Positions 49,886-62,891 are shown, counted from the first letter of the whole stretch. The stretch: DNA of 63,338 nucleotides, filler included, from Diploschistes diacapsis (GCA_023645945.1; 15 parts of 15 records of this genome joined end to end with filler, not necessarily neighbours in it); one strand, 5' to 3'. Made by a program: numbers and translations. Notes: a model not told the origin generated them from the letters alone.

Positions 49886-50970
49886 ACCTAACCACAGCCG
49901 TCCGCTCCTTTGGCGACTTCAGGCGCGTGCTGCACACGGGCCTGTACTCGCAGCTCGTGGCCATGGAGATTCCGGTCGGGGGGGACATCGGCGACGAGGT
50001 GCGTGTTTTTTTGCTCTCTGTGTATCGATATTTTGCTGCAGCTGCATTCTGTGGCTCGCCTTCTTCCAACTTGCGGATGGTGTTTCTTTGACAATGGTAA
50101 TAATGCCATCTTGAGGTCTGTAGTTTTGTCTCGATTCTTTCACCTGGGCAGGGTCTGGTGAGAGGTGGGCGGGAGGCCCACTCTTCCCTTGTTAGTTGTC
50201 ATGGCTGCTGGACTTGATCTTCTCTGTGACTAAGAGGCTGCACGCCCTTATTCTGTGATTGAGTCGATGGAGAACGGTATTTGCTGGGAAAATATAGGAC
50301 TTGCTGATCGAATTTGCGATCCCTATGTTTTGCCGCTTCTTTGCTCTGCTGCTTGAGAGTTGAGTGGAATGGAGGCGGTAAGCTCATGTAGTACAGAGCG
50401 AACGGTATTTGCGACTGTCGAAGGAAGACGGGTGAAACAAAGGTCCAAGGCTAGAAGTGCTGACGGCGCAACCAGGTCCACACAGTCGACCAAATCCTGA
50501 TCTTCACCTCCGGCAAAGCCCGCGCCACCGTCGCCGGGAAAGACCAGGAAGTCTCAGCGAACGGTCCGCCATTCACGTCTCTCTCTCTCTCTCTCTCTCT
50601 GCCCCCCCTCCCCGCCCTTTCTCCACATTCCTCCACCGTCTGTTCCCACACTTACTCACCCTCTTACCTTGCCTATGCTACCATACCCACACTCCCAAAG
50701 CTCGCATATCCCGACATGCAAGCCCAGCTAACACCGAGCACAGACGTGGTCATCGTCCCCGCCGGCACGCAGCACCAGTTCGTCAACGTCGGCGACACGC
50801 CACTGGAGCTAATCACGGTGTACTCGCCCGCGGAGCACCGGGCGGACACGGTGCACAAGACGAAGGAGGAGGGCGACAAGCTGGAGGAGGAGGGCAAGGA
50901 CGAGGCGCCGGAGTGGAGTCAGACCGGGAAGAAGGAGAATGAGGGGAAGGGGATTGTTAAGGGGGAATAG
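49886..50970 (+). CDS. Cupin-2 (mannose-6-phosphate isomerase-like) protein; first exon not resolved
   Basis: Exons 49886-49998 (AVRSFGDFRRVLHTGLYSQLVAMEIPVGGDIGDE), 50476-50563 (VHTVDQILIFTSG...) and 50744-50970 (DVVIVPAGTQHQFVNVG..YSPAEH). GT-AG introns with GCTGAC/GCTAAC branch sites. Confidence 0.88.
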
Positions 50971-51485
50971 GGGNNNNNNNNNNNNNNNNNNNNNNNNNNN
51001 NNNNNNNNNNNNNNNNNTTAATTAATTAANNNNNNNNNNNNNNNNNNNNNNNNNNNNNNNNNNNNNNNNNNNNGGATTATAGTTTCATGTACGACTGCAC
51101 TAATAAGAATTATAAAACTCACTTATACAATAATAACAGAATGGGAGGATTATTATTAATAATATTAATAGAAGAAAAGATAGTTATATTAAAAGTTTAT
51201 TTCGTTTATTAAACGTGTTTGTATAGAAAATATAAGCATCCGTTTTATTCCACATATATAAACTTAAGGAATTGCCGAGATAAAGAATATATAATCTTAT
51301 TATATTATAATTAGAAATTCAGAAACGGTATAACCCAACGATTTAATTTATCTAACGAAGATTTTATATACCCAACATACGTTCTATAGAATTATCGCTT
51401 TTACAGAGTTGTAAACTATAAGTATCATAATAAAGGTTCTTACCCAATTAATAAAGAAATTATAGAAAAAGCCAGAGCTTTTTAG

Positions 51486-51720
51486 TATAAACACAAGGCG
51501 CGCTGTCTAGGGAGACTTCCCTTGCTGTAGTCGGTAGATAGTCGTAGGTGGTATAGTAGGGGAATGTAGTGTGATCTCGTAGTTAACAGTATACCTAGGT
51601 AGGACATTTGTGAGGTGTAGGATGCCTAAATTGTCTAGAGCTACCTAGCTGGCCTCCTTAAATAGAATTGTTTTGAGGGGATTACCCCCATTAAGTCTAC
51701 CGCCTACTTTTATGTTTATA
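51486..51720 (+). mobile_element. LTR family B (235 bp; TATAAACA...TGTTTATA, probably RIPed TGTAAACA...TGTTTACA)
   Basis: Second copy at 62892-63115 (minus). Both are followed by the same leader TACGACCCCTTTT. Confidence 0.75.
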
Positions 51721-52620
51721 TACGACCCCTTTTTTAATAGTTCGTTGCCTTTCAACAAAATTCACTCCACGCAAGCCTTATTAATAGGAAATCTCAATCC
51801 CGCTATCTTTTTATTTTAATATAATCCTGTGTCTTTTTAGCAATTTAAATATTTAGAGGTTTATCTTTTTTAATATTCTTTTTTCGATATAACCGCGATT
51901 TCGGATATATTTTATAGTACTTTATTCCTTTAAATATAGTTAGATAGAAGGGCGGTACTTATCTAAAGCTATCTTTATCTTTTTTCGCATTTATATCATC
52001 CGTAAAAGTTCCGTTAGACAAATATAACTAGTAATACGTCTTATAGTCTTTTTCTTCTTCTTTTATTTTCCTTTCTCTCGTCACGACCAGTAAGAAGTTA
52101 ATTATAGATAAATAAATAAAAAATCAAGCAAGGAGATCTATTATAGAAAAATAAACAAGTAATAAAGAATAAGGTAAGTAAATTAATACATAGAAAAGCA
52201 AGTACGTAAGCAAGAAAGTACTTAGTAGATAGATAAGAAAGTAAGTCTATTATAGGTCTTTAAGGATTTATGATATTAATTCCGATTCCTAGTTATATAG
52301 TTTTTAATTAAAATTGTTTTATTCCTTTTTAAGCTTTTTTTATATTTCTTCTTCTTTATTTATAATATAGATATCTATAGGTTTATTTTTAATATCTAAT
52401 CTTTAATTTTATTCCGTATTTATTTTTTTATAAAATCTTTTTCGTTTTTTTTTATCTTTTTTAAACTCTATTTCTTTTATGTTTAAATTAAGGTTATTTA
52501 TTTGATACTCCTTTTCGTTTNNNNNNNNNNNNNNNNNNNNNNNNNNNNNNNNNNNNNNNNNNNNTTAATTAATTAANNNNNNNNNNNNNNNNNNNNNNNN
52601 NNNNNNNNNNNNNNNNNNNN

Positions 52621-53613
52621 TAAATACCCTAATTATATTTTAAACTTATATCAACCGAGCTTTAATAGGTCTAGTTGATATTATCTACGTCGTTTATCTT
52701 AATAATATTTTAATATATTTAAAAAACGCCGAAAAATATGCGGGATATTTCCGGCTTATACTCGAAAAATTACGTGATTTCGAACTTTATGCGAATTATA
52801 AGAAATGCGAGTTCTTTACATAAAAGCTCGAGTTTTTAAACTATATTATTTCTCTCGAAGAAATTAAAATGAATTTTACTAAAATACAGAACGTGGTCGA
52901 GTAACCTGCGCCTATTATTTTTCGAGAAATACAATACGTCTAATTACTTTTAATTTTATTATCACATATCGCCTCGATAAGATAAATCCTATCGATACAT
53001 CGTTATAAAAGTTAGATTATTACAAAACGAACTATTAAATTAATGAATTATTATTTATTTTAAAGTATAAACTTATTAGATTAAATAAATTATTCGTTAT
53101 ATCACACCGAAACGTATCCGGTATTATACCGCAGGCTTTCCATAAGGATACCGCGATATTATAAAAGTTTAAAAAACTCCGTCTTAAGCCAAAACACCCG
53201 GAAAACGAGAACGACGGTAAGATACCGTAAGTCCATCGCAGGTTAGCCGAAATATTACCTTATTAAGGAAACTTAAATATAATATTATCAGCCCTTAAAG
53301 TACCTAGGCTAAAAAACCCGGAAGGCGAGGAAAACGGTCGAATACCGTAAGTCCATCGCAGGTCAACTGAAGCGCTACCGACCCAAAAAAAATCAATAAT
53401 AAAATATCTACCCATTCCGCGAACATTCGTGAAAGATATCACGAGACGGGAATCTACCGATATCTTACCGACGGGAAAGCTACTCGACTTAATACGTACC
53501 CTATATACAGCGGACGATTTTATTAAAAAGAACAATAAATCTATCTCGCAACTCAACCGCTCTAATGTCGCAGCTAAAACGGCATAGCATTTTAATAACA
53601 CAAAATTACTTTA
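52621..53613 (+). mobile_element. RIP-degraded Ty3/Gypsy pol (RT core and downstream region)
   Basis: YINRALIGLVDIIYVVYLNNILIY (YLDD to YLNN)...LYANYKKCEF..KLEFLNYII. Confidence 0.85.
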
Positions 53614-54066
53614 TGTAATACGCAGAACCCAATAAGGGGCTACCAGGGGATATACCAAGTATATACCAAGGCCCGCTAGCGTGTTCTTGTATAAGAATAG
53701 AGTTTTCGTAAACAGAGATAATTCTTTAGAAGTTATTTTATTAATATATTTATCGTCTAACAGAGACTTAGTTACCGAATAATCATTTATTTATTTTATT
53801 ATTATACTGTAGTATTAATCTTTATAATTATAACTTTTCTTCCTCCTTAAGGACTACGGTTCGAAATATAATAAATAACTCGCGACCGAAGCATAATACC
53901 CGTCTATAACCACAGAATAAATAAAAATTAGAAAACGAGCTTAACGAATCGTAAGCTTCTAACAACCGATTTATAAGCGAGATAATATCGAAAGAAGAAG
54001 TTTTCAATCTCGTAGAATTAGAATAAATTCGGATAAAAGATATCCGATTATAAGAACGGATAAAAG
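53614..54066 (+). mobile_element. LTR family A (53614-53826) plus leader
   Basis: Starts TGTAATACGCAGAACCCAATAAGGGG; other copies at 47131-47341, 56317-56528 and 58877-59088. Confidence 0.8.
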
Positions 54067-54166
54067 NNNNNNNNNNNNNNNNNNNNNNNNNNNNNNNNNN
54101 NNNNNNNNNNTTAATTAATTAANNNNNNNNNNNNNNNNNNNNNNNNNNNNNNNNNNNNNNNNNNNN

Positions 54167-55233
54167 GTTTTCAACCTATAATTTTATATATCTCAACCAT
54201 TATTATGCCAATTAAAACTTAATAAAAAAAACGGCTATTATTATTTATTAAAACAATAAAAACTGATTAAATTATTTTTATACGGAAGATTATATAAATA
54301 TACGATATTCCTCGATCCATTTTAAGTGATAAACTTTAAGGATCTCGAGAATAACGCGTACGGAATCGTACGAAACGTAAATTAATAAAAACGAAAGAGT
54401 ATACGTTTTTTAAATAAATTATAATTATAAATAAACGTGGAATACCCCCTCGTCCTTTTATAATAAAAGATATAGTTAATATATTATTAATCGATTGAGA
54501 CGCGTCTGTAACCCTATTTACCGTTGGTAAAAACTGGGTTTTTAATTTCGTACGACGTAATAATTCAATAAGAACGCGTTATTCTCAAAAATACGATTAT
54601 TAACGTGCGTAATACGAAGACCCTAAGCTTATACAGACTTAATTTGAACTCGTACAACAAATAATTAAAAAGTAGGGTATCGTAAAAAAAGATATTTATA
54701 AATTTAATAAAACGGGATTTATTATCAATATAATTACTACGGCAAAAATTATTAAAACAATTAAAAGAAAAGATCGTCCGAGATTTAAGCAATCTAAAAA
54801 TCGAGAATAGGTTATAATGATTAAATCAATAAACTCGTATAGCTGGATTTTTCCTTCTTATTAACGAAAACGTCGCTTTACGCGTTATAAATTAAAAACA
54901 AAAACGAAAACGATCGAATCCAATTACTTCTATATTATAAGAAGGTGTTTTAACCGTATAAGAAGGATAGAATCGTACAAAATTAAGTATAAATATTATT
55001 TTAGCTGCGAAGGAGCATGATGCTCTTTCGTAGAAAACACGCGTTCTAATACGATGTAGCCTATATAAATCGTACGAATATACTACCCGTACATGCTCGT
55101 AACGCTATAATATTAGTTAAATAAATAAAAATTGATTATAGCCTGAATTGGTTATGTTATAAGGTTAAAAACATGTAGAATGGGAAATAGGTGGGCGGAT
55201 GACTTATGTGAGCGGATGACTTGTGAAAGACGT
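54167..55233 (+). mobile_element. Internally deleted pogo/Fot1 transposon
   Basis: HTH/CENP-B-like YDIPRSILSDKL..RGIPPRP..TVGKNWVFNFVRR, C-terminal RCS.....RTC knuckle relic, TIR ending ACGT|TA with GCGGATGACTT repeats. Confidence 0.85.
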
Positions 55234-56316
55234 TATAAATGAAAAATGACTAAGATATGTTCAGCAGCTAATCCTAATTAGGAAATTATGTTTAGTTTGT
55301 TTGGTTTATTAGCTGACTATTGTTCAGTACATCACGAAAAGTTTTTCAAGAAAAAAAATTCCCGGCGAAACTGACGAAACCGGGGAAGATAACAAGGCCA
55401 ATCATTTTGATCACGTAATCATAATATAAAAAAGGGTTTTTTTAATATTAAAAAAAATCATTTTTTCGAAAAATGTATTCAAAATCCGTTAATTTAGCGC
55501 CGGATAACTAGCGTTAAGAACTCGCTAAAGCTCTCACGCCACGAATATCCACGCTTACGTAATATAAAATACGCCATTCTTAATATTTTCGCGACAATAT
55601 ATAGTATATAGTNNNNNNNNNNNNNNNNNNNNNNNNNNNNNNNNNNNNNNNNNNNNTTAATTAATTAANNNNNNNNNNNNNNNNNNNNNNNNNNNNNNNN
55701 NNNNNNNNNNNNGTTTATAACTCGTCGACTTACCGGTTTATAAATATAATACTTTTTATAATAAACGTCGTAAGTTAAACGAGTCGTTAAAACATCGCTA
55801 TAGAAATATAAACGGATCAAGATTTACTTCGTATATCGGATATAAACGAATTCCTTTAACTTATGTTCCGAGATAGCGATACGCTGGTTTATTAATAACG
55901 ATTCGATATCACGTCGTCATTTTTACCTTTTTAAAACGAATGTTTTTATTTTTAAGAATAATAGGGACGTCTTCGCTTTCAGATATGGTAATAAAGATTC
56001 AATAAGAATAAAATAAGTAATTAACGAGAATAAGAATAAAGAAAGAAAAGAAAAGATAAAGAAAATAAAACCTTTATATTAAACCCACGCTAGCAAGAAT
56101 CAATAATAATAATATATTAAAGTATTAACGACTCGCCGTCGACGCGTTAACCAGAAATTAATAAACATTAAATAAAATTATATATTAATAATTAATATTA
56201 CTAGAATATAGAAGATTAACGATACATTAAAAATCTATTATCGTATAATTAACGATAAAGGCACGTTACGATAATTAAACGTTCTGAGAATAGAGTTTAA
56301 GAAAAAAAAAGGTAAT

Positions 56317-56528
56317 TATAATATATAAAACTCAATAAGGGCTATTAAAAGGTTTATCAAACATATATTAAGACCCGTTAGCGTGTTCTTATATAAGAAC
56401 AGAGTTTTCGCAGACAGAGATAGTTTTTTAGAAGTTATTTTATCAGTACATCTATCGTTTAGTAGAAATCTAGCCACCGAATAGCCATTTATCTGCCTTA
56501 TTGTCATACTGTAGTATTAACCTTTACA
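56317..56528 (+). mobile_element. LTR family A copy without leader (solo or 3' LTR)
   Basis: RIPed TATAATATATAAAAC start and CCTTTACA end. No clean target-site duplication. Confidence 0.7.
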
Positions 56529-56559
56529 ATATCGATTTCGATAGATGGTTTAACAGGTT

Positions 56560-57158
56560 TACCGATAAACAAGATAAGTTAATAGAAAAGATTACAGCAT
56601 ATTCTCTACGTTATAGAAGATCATAGTATCCTAAAAGTTTCCGTTTTCGTTCCTAGGGACGATCCGACGAAAAACGACGCCGCCATTCTAACCTAAAAGA
56701 CGGATATTTATTTTATAATGGCGATAATTATCGCGCGATACGATGCAAGCTCGCCAAAGATTTTAAAAAAATGGTCATCGTAGCAAATGACAAGATGCGA
56801 AAGAAAAGGAAAGGATCCTAAGACATCCGCGATAAGAAGGGCAAGAACAAGCGCGCCTACAATATAGAAGATTCAGACGATAAAAGTTCAGAAAGTTCAG
56901 AATCTAAACCTAAACCTTAACCAGATAATAATAAAGTTGGTAATACAATTAAAAACGTTATTATTAAGAATAAAATTATCTTTATTAAGTGGATCGGTGA
57001 TACCGGCGCTTTATTACATATGATTAACCAGTTAAATCTGTTTAAAAACTTAATTCTTATTCGAAAACAACGAATCAAAATCAGAAAAGAAATGTTCTAT
57101 TTAGATTATATTAAGAAGGTTAGGTTGAAATAAAGTAATAACGTTTTATATTTAAGAT
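56560..57158 (+). mobile_element. Ty1/Copia gag-protease relic
   Basis: KWIGDTGALLHMINQLNLF (WxxDSGAxxHM protease motif) after a basic gag segment. Confidence 0.7.
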
Positions 57159-57693
57159 NNNNNNNNNNNNNNNNNNNNNNNNNNNNNNNNNNNNNNNNNN
57201 NNTTAATTAATTAANNNNNNNNNNNNNNNNNNNNNNNNNNNNNNNNNNNNNNNNNNNNGTCTAATATAAGGTACGTTAGGTAAGATAGCTTACCGATAAT
57301 AATTAATATCCTGCTATTAATTTCGAAAATGTTTTCGAGATCTTATAAAAGTTTTATTAATTAAATCTCGAAAAGATAAAACCCTCGTGGCTAATAATAT
57401 CCGGAAATAGGCAATTAACGCTAGTAAGAATTATAAATAAAAGCGAATTTTTAAGATGAAACGATATCGATTATTACGACGATTATATTTTTTTATAGAA
57501 TTTAAAAGCGTATTTAATTAAAAACGACGCTGAAAAAGGTTTAAAAAAATAGAAATATTTATTATAAAAGAATAACGGGTATCCTTTTAAATAAATTAAA
57601 AAAAAAATCGAGATAAAGATTGATTAAAAAAAGAATATCGCGCTTGTAAGAGACACAAGCATCTGGAAAGAAGGATAGTAAGACAGTTCAATT

Positions 57694-57823
57694 CAGGGGC
57701 CTGCCAAGCCACGACAGGGTTAATGCCCAGGGACTTGCCAAGCCACGGCAGAATTAGTGCCCAAAGGCTTGCCAAGCCACGGCAGAATTAATGCCCAGGT
57801 GCTTGTTAAGACACGGCAGGGTC
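57694..57823. repeat. 34-bp tandem repeat x~3.8 within a GC-normal LTR-like island (57645-58032, TG...CA)
   Basis: Unit CAGGGACTTGCCAAGCCACGGCAGAATTAGTGCC at 57694, 57728, 57762 and 57796. Confidence 0.8.
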
Positions 57824-58804
57824 AGGAAGTGGCTGTATAGATAAGTAATTTTCGAACCCCGGTAAATTTGGCACTTATACTACTTAACGGTGCCCTCCTC
57901 TTACTTAAATAGTTTCTTCTTTAGCTTTTCGAATCGAGACCTTTTACCTACAGATGCTCAAGCTACACCTAATCCTTCCGGATCAAGCCCAGCCCCCGGT
58001 AGAGAAGCATCCTTTCCTGCGCTGGCGTTTCAATATATATACATCTAATATAAAAATTAATTTAACGAAACGAAAGCTTTATTCTTTAAGACCTAATTTA
58101 ATTAACCCGGCGACATTATCGTTAATTTAAATAATTCTAGATTAAATTCCGATAATGGATCTTTTTAGACGTTAATATATATTTCGAACGATTCTAAATT
58201 TAATTCTTTCGTTAAATAACGCGTCTATTCGTTAACACGATTTTTTATTAATTTAAAGATCTTTCGATTACGACGTATGCAACGTTTACGTTTAAAAACG
58301 ACGATCTTTAATTTCACGGAATTACTTTTTTAATTCTTTCTTTTATTTATTATCCTCGTCAATAAGCTTTTCATTCTTTTCGATCTCGTCTTTTTTCGAA
58401 AGAATGATTCGTTCAATTATTTCTTAAGTAACAGAAATACAATCCTTCTTATTAAATTTAATACAGCGAACGCATTTAACGGAAACAGATAATATCTTAA
58501 TATAATTATAAAAAAATAAATTATAATTATAAGATAACATGTCTTAAAAACCCCGAAAACGAATAATAAAACCTAAACGTTTCTTTTATTTCGAAAATAA
58601 AAAAGACATCGCTGTCTTACGACTTAAGATTCTCTTTTATTTAATACTTATAATTATCTTTCGATGTTTGTCGGGCCGACAAAACTGAAAGAAAGAGATA
58701 ATATNNNNNNNNNNNNNNNNNNNNNNNNNNNNNNNNNNNNNNNNNNNNTTAATTAATTAANNNNNNNNNNNNNNNNNNNNNNNNNNNNNNNNNNNNNNNN
58801 NNNN

Positions 58805-59088
58805 TATTGCGCTTCGATCGCGAATTATTTACCATATTTCGAACCGTAATCCTTAAAAAGGAAGAAAAATTATAACTATAAAGATTAATATTATAATATA
58901 ATAATAAAATAAATAAATAATTATTCGGTGGCTAAATCTTTATTAAACGATAGATGTATTGATGAAATAATTTTTAAAAAATTATTTCTATTTACGAAAA
59001 CTCTGTTCTTATATAAGAACACGTTAGCGGGCCTTGGTATATGCTTGGCATACCCCCTGGTAGCCCTTATTGGGTTCTGCGTATTACA
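58805..59088 (-). mobile_element. LTR family A (58877-59088) plus leader
   Basis: Reverse complement of 53614-53895. Confidence 0.8.
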
Positions 59089-59400
59089 CATACAGACCAG
59101 ACAGCGCTTAAATACCGCTTTCCACCCGTAATCTGACGGACAGACAAAACGTCAAAATCAGACGCTGAAACATTATCTCCGCATATTTTGCTACGAAGAC
59201 CAAAATAATTAATCAGAACTATTATCACTAACAAAATTTTCATATAACTCTACGTATAATTCAACGATCAAAATAACCCCATTTTATGCGTACTACGATT
59301 ATAAGCCGTAAATCCATTTTAACTTCGAGGTCGAAACTAACGAAAGAAAAATACCCGCTATTTAAGCGAAAATTGACCGCATATAAACCGCACGAGTTCA
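59089..59400 (+). mobile_element. Ty3/Gypsy integrase core relic
   Basis: [27 protein letters not shown] (STAFHPQTDGQTERQNQ motif). Confidence 0.85.
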
Positions 59401-59509
59401 GCTTATAAAGAATATTAAATATACTTAAAAATAACAAAAGGAATATTTCGATCAGAAGCATTTACCTCATACATACGCAATCGGAGAACTCGTAATGCTA
59501 TCTATAAAG

Positions 59510-60249
59510 TAGGCTGGCCGTTTCGTGCCACGGACACTTCCACGGACACTACCGAGAAAATTTTTAAAACACGACACTACCACGGACACTACCGTTAAAA
59601 TTTTAAAACACGGATACTTCCACGGACACTACACTATAATAAAAGCACGGACACGGACACTACGGTTAAAAAATTTAAAACACGGATACTTCCACGGATA
59701 CTACCGTTGAAATTTTTAAAACACGATACTGCCACGGACACTACCGTTAAAATTTTAAAACACGAACACTTCCACGGATATTACATTATAATAAAAGCAC
59801 GGACACGGACATTACGATTAAAAATTTTAAAACACGGATACTTCCACGGACATTACACTATAATAAAAGCACGGATACGGATACTACGATCAAAAAATTT
59901 AAAACACGGACACTTCCACGGACATTACCGCTAAAAAATTTAAAACACGACACTACCACGAACATTATATTATAATAAATTTACCGAAATATTACCGTGA
60001 ATCTATCGAAACACCGCGATAAAAAAAATAAAAAAATAAAAAATAAACGTGATAATTCTAGAATTATTAAAAAATAAATATTATTTAAAAATATTTCGAT
60101 AAATATACGGACACGATAATAAATCTATTAATATTAACATTACGATTAAAAATTTTAAAACACGAATACTTCCACGAACATTACATTATAATAAAAACAC
60201 GGACATGGACATTATAATTAAAAAATTTAAAACACGGACACTTCTACGG
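59510..60249 (-). mobile_element. hAT-like element right end with an expanded subterminal minisatellite (CACGGACAC units)
   Basis: TAGGCTGGCCGTTTCGTGCCACGGACAC followed by many 33-65 bp units of AAAATTTTAAAACACGGAYACTTCCACGGACAC. Confidence 0.7.
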
Positions 60250-60349
60250 NNNNNNNNNNNNNNNNNNNNNNNNNNNNNNNNNNNNNNNNNNNNTTAATTA
60301 ATTAANNNNNNNNNNNNNNNNNNNNNNNNNNNNNNNNNNNNNNNNNNNN

Positions 60350-60969
60350 TTATAAATATATTCGAACGCGTAATATCCCTTATTATATTAAATTATTATT
60401 ATATCGAATTACCGTTGTATAACCTCGTAACTTATCGTATTAAATTTATTAAACTCGATTTACTTTATCTAAATATTAATAATTTTAAAAAATCGTTTAC
60501 GAAATCGCGATATTTAATATTTATTAATAAATTAAAAATTCGCGATCGTAACTTCTAAATTCGAATTAAATCGAATACGTTCGCGTCGAATTTTTTCGGT
60601 TATATCTATTAATAACGTAAGCGATATAAGAAAGCTAGTTTATATAAAACGTGTAATTTATCGTATTAATGTTTTTTTTTTGAATTTAAGAGGATTTAAG
60701 TCGTTTCGTGGTTATTAGAGTATGATTAAGTTCTATTAAATCGATCCATAATGGTCGATCGAGATATTTTAAATACGCGAATAATTTCTCGAATGCTGGT
60801 ATATTATTATAATTTTAGGGTCTATAAATAGTCGTTAATATTAAGTTTTATTAAAATCGAATTATTGCGATGCGAGGTAGTTATTATTAAGAAAAATCGA
60901 ATATAAGATAAAAATAATGATTTAAGGTAACCGGACTCTGGGGGTGGCCGGACTTACCGTCAAACACGT
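60350..60969 (+). mobile_element. pogo/Fot1 relic with right TIR, abutting a hAT-like right end (60970-61055)
   Basis: GGTGGCCGGACTTACCGTCAAACACGT|TA is followed immediately by hAT-like subterminal sequence. Confidence 0.65.
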
Positions 60970-61189
60970 TAATATAATATCCGTGTTAGTGTCCGTGTTT
61001 TAAATTTTAGCTATAGTGTCCGTGTCAGTGACCGTGGCACGAAACGGCCAGCCTAGCCTAAAATGCTATTATGATTCCATAATCGTACGCGTAGAAATTT
61101 AATACAAAAGTTAAAAGTTCGTAAAATCGGATAGGGGGTATCCGTTCGCTATGAGTGTCCGCTCGCTATGTATATACGTTATAATTCAT

Positions 61190-61421
61190 TAAAGAAACGT
61201 ATACTTTTCCGATTTTATTAATTTACGTTTTATACGATTTCGTACGCGTTGTTTTTAAGATCCTTAAAATTTATTACGTAAAATAGATCGAGGAATATCG
61301 TATATTTATATAACCTTCCGTATAAAAGTAATTTAACTAGTTTTTATTATTTTGATAGTTAATAATAACCGTTCTTCTTGTTAAATATCAATTAGCATAA
61401 TGATGGTTGAGATATATGAAA
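61190..61421 (-). mobile_element. pogo/Fot1 transposase 5' fragment
   Basis: Reverse complement of ~54180-54410. Confidence 0.75.
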
Positions 61422-61764
61422 TAAACTGGCCGTCACTGACACTAACACGGCCGTGTCAGTGACACGGACACTAACAGTATCAGTATCCGTGTTTTAGATT
61501 TTTTAGTTACGGTGTCCGTGTCCGTGGATTTACGGAAATATAGTGTCCGTATTAGTATTAATGTTTTAAAATTTTTAATTATAGTGTCCGTGTTCGTGTT
61601 TTTATTATAATATAATGTCCGTGTCAGTGTCCGTGTTTTGAAAATTTTTGCTGCAGTGTCCGTGTCCGTGACCGGGGCACGAAACGGTCAGCCTAGTCCG
61701 TATCCGTGCTTTTATCGTAGTGTAATGTCCGTGTCAGTGTCCGTGGCACGAAACGGCCAGCCTA
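61422..61764 (+). mobile_element. Complete 274-bp hAT-like MITE (61422-61695) followed by a second right end (to 61764)
   Basis: TAAACTGGCCGTCAC...CACGAAACGGTCAGCCTA, then 69 bp ending CACGAAACGGCCAGCCTA. Confidence 0.7.
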
Positions 61765-62891
61765 CTTTAATATATTTATTACGCTATTAAATGANNNNNN
61801 NNNNNNNNNNNNNNNNNNNNNNNNNNNNNNNNNNNNNNTTAATTAATTAANNNNNNNNNNNNNNNNNNNNNNNNNNNNNNNNNNNNNNNNNNNNTTATAA
61901 AAGAATAAATAAAGATTTTTTATTTAAAAATTAGAAACATTTATTTTCGAAAATGGATTATAAAGGTAATTTTAGTATTAAAATAATATTTTCTTGCTAT
62001 TAAGTTAGTAAAATAGGGATTCTATAATCCTATTAATAAGAACTTTTTTGAAATAATGATTAAGGAAAAGGTAGATTATTAAGAAATAAGGTAATTTACG
62101 TCTCTTTTTGATGAGGAGGAGGAGGACGAGGATGAGGACGACGAGGAGAACGACGAAGAAGAGGAAGGGGAAGGGGAAGAGGAGGAGGAGGAGAGCGGGG
62201 AGGAGTGAGTAGCATGGTAGGAGGAACGGGGTGTTACCATGATAGGATAGAGTCTGTTTGTTTGTTTATGTGGCCGTTCGGTTGCTTGCTGGCTTCGTGG
62301 CAAGCTTGTTTTCTTGCATGCTTGTTTGTTTATTTTTTTATATGATTGACTTTTTTGCTTTATGCTTTCTTGCTTGCTTTGTGTTTATGTATTGATTTGC
62401 CTGCCTGCCTCTTGCTTGCTTGCTTGCTGCCGCTTGTCTGAGAGGTGTGGTCGGAAAAGAGGTGGGAGAGAAAGGAGGGCGGCGGACGTGTTATCTGATG
62501 TAACTGCCTGGAAGAACACCTATGGATGGGATAGATATAATGAAAGTTGGAAATAATTTTGAATAATTACCGCCCTATTGTTTAACTAATAGAACGGAAT
62601 ATAATATAGATACGATAAAAGTTAAAGATGTTTTTAGATAATTACCGCCTTTCTGTCCTCGTGATTAAAAAGAATGGAATATAGGAGATTAAATTTAACA
62701 GCGTTATTACGTCTAGGAACATTATTACGTCGAAAAAGAAATATTAAAGAAGATAAATCTTTAGATATTACCGTTATTTGGAAGATACAAGATTACGTTA
62801 GGATAAAAAGATAGCGGGATTTAGGTTTTTTATTGATAAGATTTATATAAAATTCGTTATAAAGCAGCGAACTATTGAAAAAGGGGTCGTA

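Noticed and set aside
57694..57823. 34-bp repeats as a CRISPR array
   Set aside because: Head-to-tail tandem units with no spacers.
59510..60249. CRISPR-like repeat array and the repetitive ORFs 59525-59934
   Set aside because: There are no unique spacers, the context is eukaryotic, and the repeats are transposon subterminal units. The ORFs are by-products.
21595..61894. Regularly spaced identical TTAATTAATTAA motif (~1.55-kb period), superficially array-like
   Set aside because: It is an artificial N-flanked contig linker. The small contigs are size-sorted (1449 down to ~1445 bp), which creates the periodicity.
62079..62556. Ser-rich and Cys/Leu-rich ORFs
   Set aside because: Low-complexity internal region of the LTR family B element, with a related RIPed sequence near 52120-52220.
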